Made by a program: the position numbers and the translations under genes. A stretch of DNA of 64,000 nt from a virus. Its lineage: Duplodnaviria; Caudoviricetes. Numbering within the stretch: the stretch's first letter is position 1; each line of letters begins with the position of its first letter. Positions 43,707 through 53,925 of this stretch are shown piece after piece. The stretch covers positions 17,332 to 81,331 of IMG/VR virus record IMGVR_UViG_3300037461_000547, one strand, 5' to 3'. A model generated the notes under the pieces. That model was not told where the DNA came from, searched no databases, and was given only the letters and a program-made list of their open reading frames with translations.

Positions 43707-44793
43707 AGTTATCTCTTTCAAAAAGTAATCCGATTTTTCCACAAGGATGCCTACTTGTGAAATGTTCAATATATTTCGCGTTGGGGTGATTTATAAAATC
43801 GGACCCCTCCCAAATTGAGCGATGTTTTTCATATGGATATTCTTTAGCAATATCATCATTTTCGTTCAGCTGATCGCCAAGTGGGATAGTTGCCATCACA
43901 AATTTATTGTTTGCAATCATGTGTTCTAAAACAACTGTCGCAACAGATTTTTCTAAATGTTCAAGAACATCATTCATTATTACTAAATCATAACCATGTA
44001 ATTCAGATAAACATTCCTCAACAGTACATATTTTAATCGTATTATAAATGTAACGTGTCAATGGTGTAATGTATGTTTCACAAGGTTCAATACCGTCGAT
44101 CTGTATTTTCCAATCTTCTTTTTTCATACGTAAACATGCCGCTTCTAAATAATCTCGACAAAGAAATCCCCATTTCCCAAACCCCACACCTATATCCAAG
44201 ACCTTAGTTGGTTTAATTTTACGAATCATAGATACACACCAAACTAAATTTGATTGTTGTGATGTTGGCATGAAAAGTCTCCTACTAATATAGTCGTGAA
44301 CAATTACAGATTCTTTAAATCTCTCACCTTCACGTTTTAATACAGCATACTCATCTGGTAAAATACCTTTGTTCAAGGGTAAACTTCGCCATAATTTACG
44401 GAATGGAGTCTGTTGATTATTTCCAGATTCTTTCATTAACACATACCATTGTTTCAAAAAATTAAATGTATTGTGTGTCGGTTCAAGATATATAGTTCCA
44501 AGTATTGGTGTTTTTTCGTTGTATAATCGACAAGCAATATCACAGGAGAGCGTATCAAAAATTGTTGGTTTTCGTAATATCCTACAATCCACGTCAAGAG
44601 AAACTATCGGCTGATTATATTCCTCTAACGTCTGTGCTATTAACAAAGGACGCAGTAAAAGATTCTTGAAACGTGTTTGATGCGGTTCTCTCTGTAGACA
44701 ATAACTTAAATTAAATCTGTTAAAGTCTTTTTCTAAACACTTCGCTAAAGACTCATAAAGCGTGTGTTGTGTGTAATAGGCGAAGTAAATCAT
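43693..44793 (-). CDS. Nucleotide-sugar transferase-like domain fused to SAM methyltransferase
   Basis: DVD (DxD) motif in the N-half; VLDIGVGFG...DVLEH in the C-half. Confidence 0.7.
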   Translation of the reverse strand: MIYFAYYTQHTLYESLAKCLEKDFNRFNLSYCLQREPHQTRFKNLLLRPLLIAQTLEEYNQPIVSLDVDCRILRKPTIFDTLSCDIACRLYNEKTPILGTIYLEPTHNTFNFLKQWYVLMKESGNNQQTPFRKLWRSLPLNKGILPDEYAVLKREGERFKESVIVHDYISRRLFMPTSQQSNLVWCVSMIRKIKPTKVLDIGVGFGKWGFLCRDYLEAACLRMKKEDWKIQIDGIEPCETYITPLTRYIYNTIKICTVEECLSELHGYDLVIMNDVLEHLEKSVATVVLEHMIANNKFVMATIPLGDQLNENDDIAKEYPYEKHRSIWEGSDFINHPNAKYIEHFTSRHPCGKIGLLFERDNYEKK

Positions 44794-45430
44794 AATCCTC
44801 CTCAGGTGTTATAACAGGCAGTTCCTCAAATTTGGGGTATTTTTGTCCTTTATGGACGTGCCAAGATTCACCCAATCTGTATACGAGAGAGGGCTTCACA
44901 TCTAAAAGTACCTGACAATTTATTCGACGAAGTAAAATACTGTCGAATCCATTTTGTTTTTTGTGCCCATCTGCAAGACTTTGAAGTCGTGATTGCGGGA
45001 ATCCAGTCACAGCAAATCTACACCACATACCCGATGTTTGTTGTGTCACATATTTATTTTCTACTTGCCAGTATCCCCAACACCCGATACCGTGACAAGG
45101 GACGATGTTAAGATTTGATATTGCTTCAATTCCTTTTATAAGTGCGTCAGTGTGATGTGGTAATGCATAATCATCAGAATCTAAAACACACCAATAAGGT
45201 GTTTCGACTTGTTTAAGCGCATACGCGATTTGTAAGGGATAATATTCAAAAGGTTCGATGTTATGTATTTCAACGTTTGGATATTCTTTGTCAAGATGCA
45301 AGCCATCAGGATGTATACAAAAGATTTTGAACATAAAATCTTTGTTACTTTGATTTAACACTGAGTAAATTGCGTGTGAAATTAAATGTGGGTGATGCCC
45401 CGTCATATTCATAACAACAGTAAGTTTCAT
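44753..45430 (-). CDS. GT2-like glycosyltransferase
   Basis: AIYSVLNQS...LDSDD. Confidence 0.75.
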   Translation of the reverse strand: MKLTVVMNMTGHHPHLISHAIYSVLNQSNKDFMFKIFCIHPDGLHLDKEYPNVEIHNIEPFEYYPLQIAYALKQVETPYWCVLDSDDYALPHHTDALIKGIEAISNLNIVPCHGIGCWGYWQVENKYVTQQTSGMWCRFAVTGFPQSRLQSLADGHKKQNGFDSILLRRINCQVLLDVKPSLVYRLGESWHVHKGQKYPKFEELPVITPEEDYDLLRLLHTTHAL

Positions 45431-45444
45431 AAAATTCCCTTATA

Positions 45445-45915
45445 TTAAAATTCTTTTTTATTACTTACAACAGTTGTCCATGGTTTCAATAATCTACAAT
45501 CATAGCGGTATTTGAACTGTTGTAACACAGGCTCATAATTATATGCAGGTTCTTCTGTATCGTGTACAACAATATGATTTGCAACATCTTTTAATTTAAG
45601 AATATCAATTATTCGACGTTCCCCAGGCGCGTGGTCAATAAATACAACGTCCCACGCCGGCCACACTTGTTTATAAATATCATCCCAATTCTTAACACGG
45701 ACAAAAATATGGTTGTCCGATTGCATGTGTATTACACGTTTTATCCACGCGGGATTATTTTCAACCGTCACCAACTGTCGATGCATAACATCGCAAATTT
45801 CATGTAAAACAGGTGTACTGTTGTCCCCGCATCCAAATTCAATAACAGGGCCTGTTGTTTTACACATCACAGCAGTTAATAATGGTAAGTGTGTTGCACG
45901 TGATTCCATCAACAA
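45445..45915 (-). CDS. SAM-dependent methyltransferase-like protein
   Basis: VIEFGCG...VTVEN...VFIDH. Confidence 0.7.
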   Translation of the reverse strand: MLMESRATHLPLLTAVMCKTTGPVIEFGCGDNSTPVLHEICDVMHRQLVTVENNPAWIKRVIHMQSDNHIFVRVKNWDDIYKQVWPAWDVVFIDHAPGERRIIDILKLKDVANHIVVHDTEEPAYNYEPVLQQFKYRYDCRLLKPWTTVVSNKKEF

Positions 45916-46709
45916 TACTCCATGTATAAAGGTTCAAATTCTTTCTTCCAATATGTTAAAATATTGAATCTGTCGTCAACCACGTCATAAGTCTGTTCAG
46001 ACGCGGACAAAACATCCTGTATGTATTTTTCATTTTCTTCTAATGGATGGCTCATAAAATGAGAATGTGACCCCATTTTTCTTTTTAATTCTGTGATGTT
46101 AAAACGAACTGCCGTCATATGATGCATAAGTAATTCTTTGGGTTTGAAAATATAAAAGTCTTGTGTCTTAACTTTTCTACTTTCATCAAGTAAAACAGGG
46201 AATAATGCACTTCCCAAAGGCATGGTAATGTCGTGAATAAAGGGAACATACAACTTTGTAATTTGTTTGGCGCGCAATATAGGTGTTTTTACATAATCAA
46301 TGATTGGTGCAATCAATAATTTATGTTGTTTTATTTTTGTCTTTATATTTTTTAATTGTTCTTTGTCATAATACTCATCGCAATCACAACCTAAAAAATG
46401 TGTACAACCTTTTTTAATACAGTATGCTTTTAGTATTCGATAATTGTCACGTGCATACTGACAATAAAGGTGAGGGTCTTGTATCTGTTCAAATTTATAT
46501 TCAATAAAATCATCAATCAACCCTTCATGTTTTAGACTTAACAAAAGAGGAAGTAAGTATTTAGGGGACGGCACCCCAAAATAAGATGTTTGTGAATATG
46601 AACAAACAATGATATTTGCAAACTCTCTCAAACATTTTAACATTGGTTTGAGATGTTCAGCTCCACTATAAGTAATGATGCCAATTCCCAGTTTCAAAAT
46701 CCACCTCAA
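45909..46709 (-). CDS. GT-A-fold glycosyltransferase-like protein
   Basis: GIITYSG...DCDEYY. Confidence 0.6.
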   Translation of the reverse strand: MRWILKLGIGIITYSGAEHLKPMLKCLREFANIIVCSYSQTSYFGVPSPKYLLPLLLSLKHEGLIDDFIEYKFEQIQDPHLYCQYARDNYRILKAYCIKKGCTHFLGCDCDEYYDKEQLKNIKTKIKQHKLLIAPIIDYVKTPILRAKQITKLYVPFIHDITMPLGSALFPVLLDESRKVKTQDFYIFKPKELLMHHMTAVRFNITELKRKMGSHSHFMSHPLEENEKYIQDVLSASEQTYDVVDDRFNILTYWKKEFEPLYMEYC

Positions 46710-47322
46710 AACACATTGTTCTAAATTTAGTTATTGACGTTCTTCCATACCACTTTTTCAGTAACCATTCAACAGCTAATCTGAATGTTGGGTCATATTT
46801 TCCTTTGGCAGACAAATGTTCTAACGTCGAATAAATTATATAATTATTAAAACCCGCTTCAATAGCAGATAAACAAATATCCGCACCGTACACATGAAAA
46901 TACGGACAAGATTCATCGAATCTTAAACCGAATGACTTATAAAGAATTAAACAATGTTCATCCAAAGTTAATGCTTCACATGGGAGTGTGCCACTTTTTC
47001 GTAATGTGGGGTACGGATTATAAATGTATCCAGCACACTTCAAATCAAACTTACGCCCGAATGTCCCGACGACTCCAACATTTTCCAACGTTGACAATTG
47101 TGTTAAAAGTATTTGATGCCAATTAATAGGGAACTTGACATCTTGATGGCAACAAATTACTAAATCATTATTCGATTGCTCTATACCAACATTGAGACCT
47201 TGTGTTGCAGAAATCGGATTATAAACAGGGATAAGTTCAAAATATTTGGGATTCAGGGAATCACAGACCATTTCCCTGTACATTTTTTCATTGTTAACAA
47301 GTGTCACTACTGACGCTATCAC
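46666..47322 (-). CDS. Glycosyltransferase-like (GT2-related) protein
   Basis: ATQGLNVG...CHQDV...FHVYGADIC. Confidence 0.8.
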   Translation of the reverse strand: MIASVVTLVNNEKMYREMVCDSLNPKYFELIPVYNPISATQGLNVGIEQSNNDLVICCHQDVKFPINWHQILLTQLSTLENVGVVGTFGRKFDLKCAGYIYNPYPTLRKSGTLPCEALTLDEHCLILYKSFGLRFDESCPYFHVYGADICLSAIEAGFNNYIIYSTLEHLSAKGKYDPTFRLAVEWLLKKWYGRTSITKFRTMCFEVDFETGNWHHYL

Positions 47323-48899
47323 AAATACCTCTCATACAAATTGATGTCATCACCTACCACAGATTTGAAGTATGCTAAATCCCTGTCCTTAATTATAGCA
47401 CGTTTCAAAACCCCTTTATTAGACGCATACGTTACACCGCGTCTCCCAGGCAATCCTTTTATACCTAATACAAAAACATCTGTTTCTTTGAATACACCTT
47501 GTTGTACATTTTTTCCAGCTCCACGCCATAATGACAAATCAATATAAGGGCTGTCATTACGCATTGACATTATCCTTTTACAAACACTGAATTGGAATGA
47601 TGTTGAACAAAATGAAGAGTGTTTTGTATTTACATGTGTGCAATATTCTCGGTCTTTTATATAATAGTATTTATTATGTTGTAATCCAACCATCGTGTAT
47701 GTATTAAGTTTTTCCACAGCCCATTCAAAATAATCTGATTTGTACCAATCATCGTCTTCCATTATAATTATTTTATTAGTTTTAACATGGGAGAGTGCTA
47801 CTTTCATTTGTAATGGGAGTGTATGGTGTGGTTCTCTTTTTTCTCTACAACGTTTTATATATTGAACAAATGGAAAGTCAGGTATTTTTATATCGTCAGT
47901 AATACCGTCATCAACGATTATCCATTGTGTCGGTTTTACAGTTTGTTTAGCCATCAACGCACAACAAATTTCAAATGATTCTGGTCTATCCCCCGTCGGT
48001 GTTATCACTGTAAAACCGTCGACCAATGTTGCGATTGGTGTTTCTAATTTACGCACAATAGGACTCTTTCTTATTTTATATGACGTGCGAGTGTCTTTGC
48101 AACCGCAAATTTTTGTTCTGTCCAACGCTTCACAATATTCGATATATGGGAACGCGGTTAATCCACTGTTAGGTGTACAGTTAAATACGTTAAAACCAGA
48201 TTCTAAAAATCTTGGTTGTAATTTATTGAAATACTGATTAGTTAAAGAATATAAATTATTATTCCCCGATGTTTTTTCAACACACATGTCTACAGGAAAA
48301 AAGTAAGGATTCTTTGCATCCATATGGAAATCTGCACCCAAAATAAAAACTGTTCTGAAACCCAAAAACCAAATAATATGTAGTGCTGCCACCATTGTAT
48401 TACTTCTGTGGCCTTTATTTTTCGGCACTCCCCACGATATTTTGTCGTGCGTCAGCCATCCATCAGAATTTCGGTAAGTATCTTTTCTATGCCAAACAAT
48501 ATTCGGGCAGTCTGCAATCGTTTCATCGCTGACAGTATTTTTAACACTGTCCCAAAAATGTCCTGTTTTTGCACCGAACGGAATAAATTTTATTATTGTC
48601 GGGTCACGCCAAATACTGTCCAGAAATTTATCAGACGGGTCCTGTGCTGTCCAAAATGTTGGACGTAAAATGCCACCATTGTTCATTCCAAATGTTAATC
48701 TTTGTTTAAGGGGTTCTACGTCAATTTCTTTGACACTTGGCCCGTTACAAATTAAAAAAATTTGTTGATTTAAAAAGTAATCTTCAAGATTCAACACATC
48801 ACCATTCAAACGGTAAAAATGGTTTTGTGTTGTAAGTGTTGGATATATTATACCATCACTTTTGTTTCTTGTCTTCGGGTGTATTTGTAGGAAACCCAT
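47319..48899 (-). CDS. DUF115/Maf-like domain fused to GT2-like domain
   Basis: ICNGPS...GMN...FILGAD in the N-half; VITPTG...WIIVDDG...MEDDDWY in the C-half. Confidence 0.7.
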   Translation of the reverse strand: MGFLQIHPKTRNKSDGIIYPTLTTQNHFYRLNGDVLNLEDYFLNQQIFLICNGPSVKEIDVEPLKQRLTFGMNNGGILRPTFWTAQDPSDKFLDSIWRDPTIIKFIPFGAKTGHFWDSVKNTVSDETIADCPNIVWHRKDTYRNSDGWLTHDKISWGVPKNKGHRSNTMVAALHIIWFLGFRTVFILGADFHMDAKNPYFFPVDMCVEKTSGNNNLYSLTNQYFNKLQPRFLESGFNVFNCTPNSGLTAFPYIEYCEALDRTKICGCKDTRTSYKIRKSPIVRKLETPIATLVDGFTVITPTGDRPESFEICCALMAKQTVKPTQWIIVDDGITDDIKIPDFPFVQYIKRCREKREPHHTLPLQMKVALSHVKTNKIIIMEDDDWYKSDYFEWAVEKLNTYTMVGLQHNKYYYIKDREYCTHVNTKHSSFCSTSFQFSVCKRIMSMRNDSPYIDLSLWRGAGKNVQQGVFKETDVFVLGIKGLPGRRGVTYASNKGVLKRAIIKDRDLAYFKSVVGDDINLYERYL

Positions 48900-49122
48900 T
48901 TTTCCAATATCCTTTAGGACAATCTTCAGTTTCTACTGCTGCTTTTGCCCACAACTGACAACCACAAATCGGGCATGTCCATCCATTGGAACATTTTGCA
49001 CATATTTGCCGTCTTTTTATATATTCTTCTTTACTACAAACCGGAGTACCGGCACGTACCCATTTAGTCATGGCTTTTGCAAAGTGTAAGACGAGTTGGG
49101 CTATGGATGGTCCTCTTTCCAT
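48856..49122 (-). CDS. Small Cys-rich protein (DUF6171-like)
   Basis: RRQICAKC...CPICGC...K...CPKGYW. Confidence 0.7.
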   Translation of the reverse strand: MERGPSIAQLVLHFAKAMTKWVRAGTPVCSKEEYIKRRQICAKCSNGWTCPICGCQLWAKAAVETEDCPKGYWKNGFPTNTPEDKKQK

Positions 49123-49138
49123 TTAATCCTCTTTAATA

Positions 49139-52100
49139 TTAATAAGGTTGAATCGTATAATCTTTATCCATTGTTAAAGTTAAAGGGTTGTCTCCATAAG
49201 TCGTTTCATTCAATGAATCGATCCAATAATAGTTTAATGGATCAGACTCAACTTCCACTTCTGTGTCCACTGGATATATGTGCGTATATGGTAAATCTAC
49301 TTCCACACTATCTACAGTTACAGTGTACCCTGAACTGTCCAATATTTTGAGTACATACCCTGATGGAAGTTCATACTGACATTTAATGCCAGATTTTCCG
49401 GTATCTACGTTTTTATACCGCAAACGATAAACATATCGATTGCAATCAGGTGCTTCTATCCAAATACAACCGTCACCAACCATGTTAGGGGCACGTTCAC
49501 TTACTGTGACATCTTGAGTTTCTTCCTCATAATCCCATAAAAGGGGTTGGGTATCAATTGCACATTCTGTCCAAGGCCCGACTATATTTGTAGCTCTTTC
49601 CAATACGAAGGTAAGTTCGGCGTCATCCGGCATTATTGGGAGTTTAACTTTTATAAAATCCCACCACTCAGTCGGTTCACTGGTTTCTGTTGGCCCGATT
49701 ATCCCAATCCGACAAGGTGGATAATATATTGTACTACCCAACCCAAACAAATCTGCCGTGACACTTGTTTCTGGCATAACTGAAACAGGGAACATCGGCA
49801 CATCACTGTCAAAATCGATTAACACAGGGTCAGCAGGTGTTCCTATATTGTCGTCTAATCCAGGTGGAATACGATCAGAATAATTGTCCTTACTGTTCAA
49901 CGTAACTTCCCACTCATCTATAAGATGATCACGCGTGTACCACGCATCAAACTCATCGCCTGCGATACTTTGATTTTCCCCCATGTCTAAAGTTTTATCG
50001 TATTTTCTGACTGTACTTGTTTGATCCATTAAATCTGCATCGGTGCCATATGTTTCATGATAAAAATCTATAATATAACTGACGCCGTTGCCCTCTAAAT
50101 CTTCCATTAAAACAGGTCTGGCTTTTATTTTCCAACATGTCCCACCGCCGTCTTTTCCGATATATCCTTCGGCGTCATATTTCATTCCACTGTATAAGTT
50201 GTCGTAAAGTGTGGGGACTATGTTCCATTCATTTCTCCATACAGGTGGTTTTGTGTCAGGCCCGTAAGGGTCTATGAGTTTGTAGTCTGCTCTTTCTTTT
50301 GTTCTGTCCCATAATAAATCTGTGTAACTGTACCAGTCAAATTTCATCATATACGGAAATGTGCTTGATACTATTTTAACATAGGCTGAACAATCAATCC
50401 TATGTTGTGCCATTCCTTCGCCACCAGAGAAAACAAATTCACAATCCGTATAATCGCGACTGCCCGTTCCACCCCAAACATTCATCCAATATCGGGTATA
50501 TGTATCATCAGACAAAGGGAGCGCCATCCAACAATAGTTTACATAGTAAGTTTCTCCAACATCTGCATAACCAACCTGCATATCAAACACACCTTCAATA
50601 CCGACAGACGGTTGCCTTTCATCAGGTAAGAAATATTCAACAGGACTTGTCAACGGTATTTCATAGTGCGCGTAATAATATGCGCCGATTAACATATTTA
50701 ATTGTGTACCGTCAGGGTCTGAAAATATTGGATTCGTAATTTGTAAATACATCTCTTTAATTGCGACTTCACCTGAATCCATTGTGGCTTCTTGCCAAAT
50801 ATCGTAAAGTGCATCTGTTCCAAACCAGACATACCCCGAACCCTCAGCACTCCATGAATCTAAGTCATCATAGTCATTTTCATATTTCTCAAGTTCCCAT
50901 CCAGCTTCAACTTGAGCAAACACTCCGGCCAATGACGTTGGGGTATGAAATCCATTAGCAGACCATGAAAAAGAATAGAAACCAGCAGAAACATCGGGTA
51001 CTGCTTTATATTGTAACTGTTGTAAAACGACACGGCAATGGTTCAGTATTAACGGGAGTCTATCACCTTGATAATGTATCGTATCGTTGATAGCAAGACA
51101 TCCATCATGCGTTTCCGATAAGTCAATATCACCGTAAAGCGTTGTTGGATTCACTGAATCAAAATTATCAGATAAACGTATAACGGTATTTGTGCCGTCA
51201 AACGTTACATTTAACACTGTAAAAGAGTAATACTCATCTTCACTATTCTCTTTCGCCCATACCTTCCAACCTGTGTGAAATTCATCGGTTTTGTCACCAA
51301 CAAAAGAGATAACATTATCTTCAATTTCTGTCCAATCTGTTTCGTCCCAAGAATAGAACACAGTATCTTCTGGAGTATTGTCTATCGTCGGCGTTTCCAT
51401 AACAACAGTACCGACCATACGATTATGTCCGGTTTCACTTACGTCATCATATTCATAAACTTGATCACCTACAGGAGGTCCACCTTCACCAGAACGCATA
51501 AATATATCGTCGACACGACCAAGAGAGTATTTCCAAGTTCGTCTCCAAACTCCTTTAGGTTCTGGCCAACAAGCGTCGGCAACGTCATGTCCAGTTTCAC
51601 ACTCCACACCGTTCCAAGTACCTATCCACTCATCCTCACCATTATCTGCATCCCATTTCCAATAATCATCAAGAATACGCTTACTGCGATAGGGATAATC
51701 GGTATCGTAATACCAATCGTAATAGTCTGAACCGAGCTTCTTTAATATTAACTCAAACGCTGAGCTATTACACCCCCAATACTCTGTATTCAAGTAATCA
51801 TATTTTAATTGACTGCTACAATGTACCGGATCATATGCTGCACTTTCACCGTAACTGTCTACAATATCTTGATACGTCGCATCATCTAATTCTCCAGGTG
51901 TTAAGTCATTATCATATTCTAACCATTCTTGTAAATCACTTGCAATTGTATTATCTTGATTTATCCAAAGCCAGTTAGTCACATAAGCAGAATCAACTTC
52001 TAAAACCCAGTCAAGACTTGAACACGCCAGTTCTACCATATTCTGTAATGCTGTGTCATATTTCCGATTGTACCACCAACTATCTGGATATGTATTCAAC

Positions 52101-53461
52101 GACGTATTTGGAAAGTAACCATCCTGAGGATATGACCTTGTGCTGGTAGTACGTAAGAAGGTTGTATTATATTGATGGTCAGTAGAATCCCCCAAATTAC
52201 CAGATTCCGAAGTCCAGTAACCATTAGCCCTAACTGCTTGAATTGCCCCAAGATTTGCCGAATCAGTTATTTGTGTCGCTCTGATAGATACTTTGTCACC
52301 ATACTTCCAATGTATACGGTATGTATCTTCATAAAAGAATGGTGATTCAACTTCTTTAGGGTCTGTCTGTGTCGGTAGATATTCATGTGCGGGTATTAAA
52401 GCTGTGTACTGCTCGTAATCAATATCACCTGGAGAATTAATTGTGTGTGCCTTAATGTCCCATCTATGCGCGTTAGTATCATACGTATGATACAAGTTTG
52501 GATTTGGACACCTTATCCAGTCACCATTACAATCAGCAGACATTTGTCCACCATCAGGTGGACGACCATCATTAGGGCCAGAAACATTGCCCACATAACG
52601 ATGTATGAAATCTTTATTACTCCACCATCTATCTCTCGATGTTACATATTGCTCATCGACAACTTTAGCAGAAAACATGGTGTCCATATGACCACCATCT
52701 GTCATATAACCTTCTAACGAGTTACCATTCCCACCGCGAAAGATATACCAATCTCCGCCAAAATCACATTTTGCAGTTGTATCCTCATCTGAATAGGTAC
52801 ATTCAACTAATTCTTGTTGTTCATAATTATTATTGTCCGGTGTTACATACACATAACCAGACTCGTATCTAACAGAACGCACTCTATAAAAACCATCGTT
52901 AGTTGAAATATCTTCACCGGCACTCTTGAGTATAAACGGTGTTCCACGTCGAAAATCATCTTGTTCTTCATACCATGTTTCTAACGTGCCATCAATATCG
53001 ATGGTCGACCCATTCTCATCATAAATACCATAGACATTTTTCTCAGTCGCTGCAAACTTAAATTCACCCAACGGTTCTTCCGTAGTAATTACAACGCCAA
53101 GACACTGATGCTCGAATTCTCTTTCGTGAAAAACAATATGTGCTCCAGGTTCTATTCGTGGATGTTGTACGTTTTGGACATACTCTGATGGTGGACCATC
53201 ACCAGTGTCATAAACTATATCCTCCGTCGGATAATCAGCGAGTAAATCAGCAAATGATCCGGCAAATCTTTTTACATAACCAGATTCGCCAGGACTTTTA
53301 CTTGTGTCTTGAGCTTCAAAGACTGTACTACTTGCATGTGCATAGTGACCAATCGTTGTTAGCCAAATAAAACGACGTATATCTTCTGCTGTTAAGTGAT
53401 GTATTTTATCGCCTTCACTCGCAGGCCATTCATAATCTTCCCAAGGATTTGCTTGTACCAT
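49139..53461 (-). CDS. Large acidic virion/tail-associated protein
   Basis: 1440 aa, D/E/Y/W-rich, directly downstream of tail genes. Confidence 0.7.
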   Translation of the reverse strand: MVQANPWEDYEWPASEGDKIHHLTAEDIRRFIWLTTIGHYAHASSTVFEAQDTSKSPGESGYVKRFAGSFADLLADYPTEDIVYDTGDGPPSEYVQNVQHPRIEPGAHIVFHEREFEHQCLGVVITTEEPLGEFKFAATEKNVYGIYDENGSTIDIDGTLETWYEEQDDFRRGTPFILKSAGEDISTNDGFYRVRSVRYESGYVYVTPDNNNYEQQELVECTYSDEDTTAKCDFGGDWYIFRGGNGNSLEGYMTDGGHMDTMFSAKVVDEQYVTSRDRWWSNKDFIHRYVGNVSGPNDGRPPDGGQMSADCNGDWIRCPNPNLYHTYDTNAHRWDIKAHTINSPGDIDYEQYTALIPAHEYLPTQTDPKEVESPFFYEDTYRIHWKYGDKVSIRATQITDSANLGAIQAVRANGYWTSESGNLGDSTDHQYNTTFLRTTSTRSYPQDGYFPNTSLNTYPDSWWYNRKYDTALQNMVELACSSLDWVLEVDSAYVTNWLWINQDNTIASDLQEWLEYDNDLTPGELDDATYQDIVDSYGESAAYDPVHCSSQLKYDYLNTEYWGCNSSAFELILKKLGSDYYDWYYDTDYPYRSKRILDDYWKWDADNGEDEWIGTWNGVECETGHDVADACWPEPKGVWRRTWKYSLGRVDDIFMRSGEGGPPVGDQVYEYDDVSETGHNRMVGTVVMETPTIDNTPEDTVFYSWDETDWTEIEDNVISFVGDKTDEFHTGWKVWAKENSEDEYYSFTVLNVTFDGTNTVIRLSDNFDSVNPTTLYGDIDLSETHDGCLAINDTIHYQGDRLPLILNHCRVVLQQLQYKAVPDVSAGFYSFSWSANGFHTPTSLAGVFAQVEAGWELEKYENDYDDLDSWSAEGSGYVWFGTDALYDIWQEATMDSGEVAIKEMYLQITNPIFSDPDGTQLNMLIGAYYYAHYEIPLTSPVEYFLPDERQPSVGIEGVFDMQVGYADVGETYYVNYCWMALPLSDDTYTRYWMNVWGGTGSRDYTDCEFVFSGGEGMAQHRIDCSAYVKIVSSTFPYMMKFDWYSYTDLLWDRTKERADYKLIDPYGPDTKPPVWRNEWNIVPTLYDNLYSGMKYDAEGYIGKDGGGTCWKIKARPVLMEDLEGNGVSYIIDFYHETYGTDADLMDQTSTVRKYDKTLDMGENQSIAGDEFDAWYTRDHLIDEWEVTLNSKDNYSDRIPPGLDDNIGTPADPVLIDFDSDVPMFPVSVMPETSVTADLFGLGSTIYYPPCRIGIIGPTETSEPTEWWDFIKVKLPIMPDDAELTFVLERATNIVGPWTECAIDTQPLLWDYEEETQDVTVSERAPNMVGDGCIWIEAPDCNRYVYRLRYKNVDTGKSGIKCQYELPSGYVLKILDSSGYTVTVDSVEVDLPYTHIYPVDTEVEVESDPLNYYWIDSLNETTYGDNPLTLTMDKDYTIQPY

Positions 53462-53468
53462 AATTTAC

Positions 53469-53924
53469 CTATGTCCAAACTGCTTCAATATGATTGTTAG
53501 TCACATCATGTCTTAAACTTGCAGTTGTTTCTGGTCCTGTATACATAAGTGGCATATCTAAAAACCACTTTTCTTCGCTGGTTTCATTGTCAAAACGTTG
53601 GACAATTTTAACGATGCTACCAATCTCATACCATGGATTCCAATTCCTTATATCCTTTGCATCTTCTGGATAACCTTCAAAACCCAAAGCACGATCAATT
53701 TCAATATCGTTACCATCGCCTTCCCATCCATTGACCGTAGTTGAAGATTCAACAGCTTTTTGCACAACATATTTATTTTTTGTTATTTCATTATACTCAG
53801 GTATTTGTAATACAATGGCCCATTGAAAATCAGCAACACCGCCACCAGACCCGCCGCCCTGTTCATACAAAACTTTTTCAATACCACCGTCATTAAAAAA
53901 TACTGCTGTTGAGTCGAGTGTCAT
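53469..53924 (-). CDS. Putative tail-associated protein
   Basis: 151 aa within the tail operon. Confidence 0.6.
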   Translation of the reverse strand: MTLDSTAVFFNDGGIEKVLYEQGGGSGGGVADFQWAIVLQIPEYNEITKNKYVVQKAVESSTTVNGWEGDGNDIEIDRALGFEGYPEDAKDIRNWNPWYEIGSIVKIVQRFDNETSEEKWFLDMPLMYTGPETTASLRHDVTNNHIEAVWT

Positions 53925-53925
53925 A

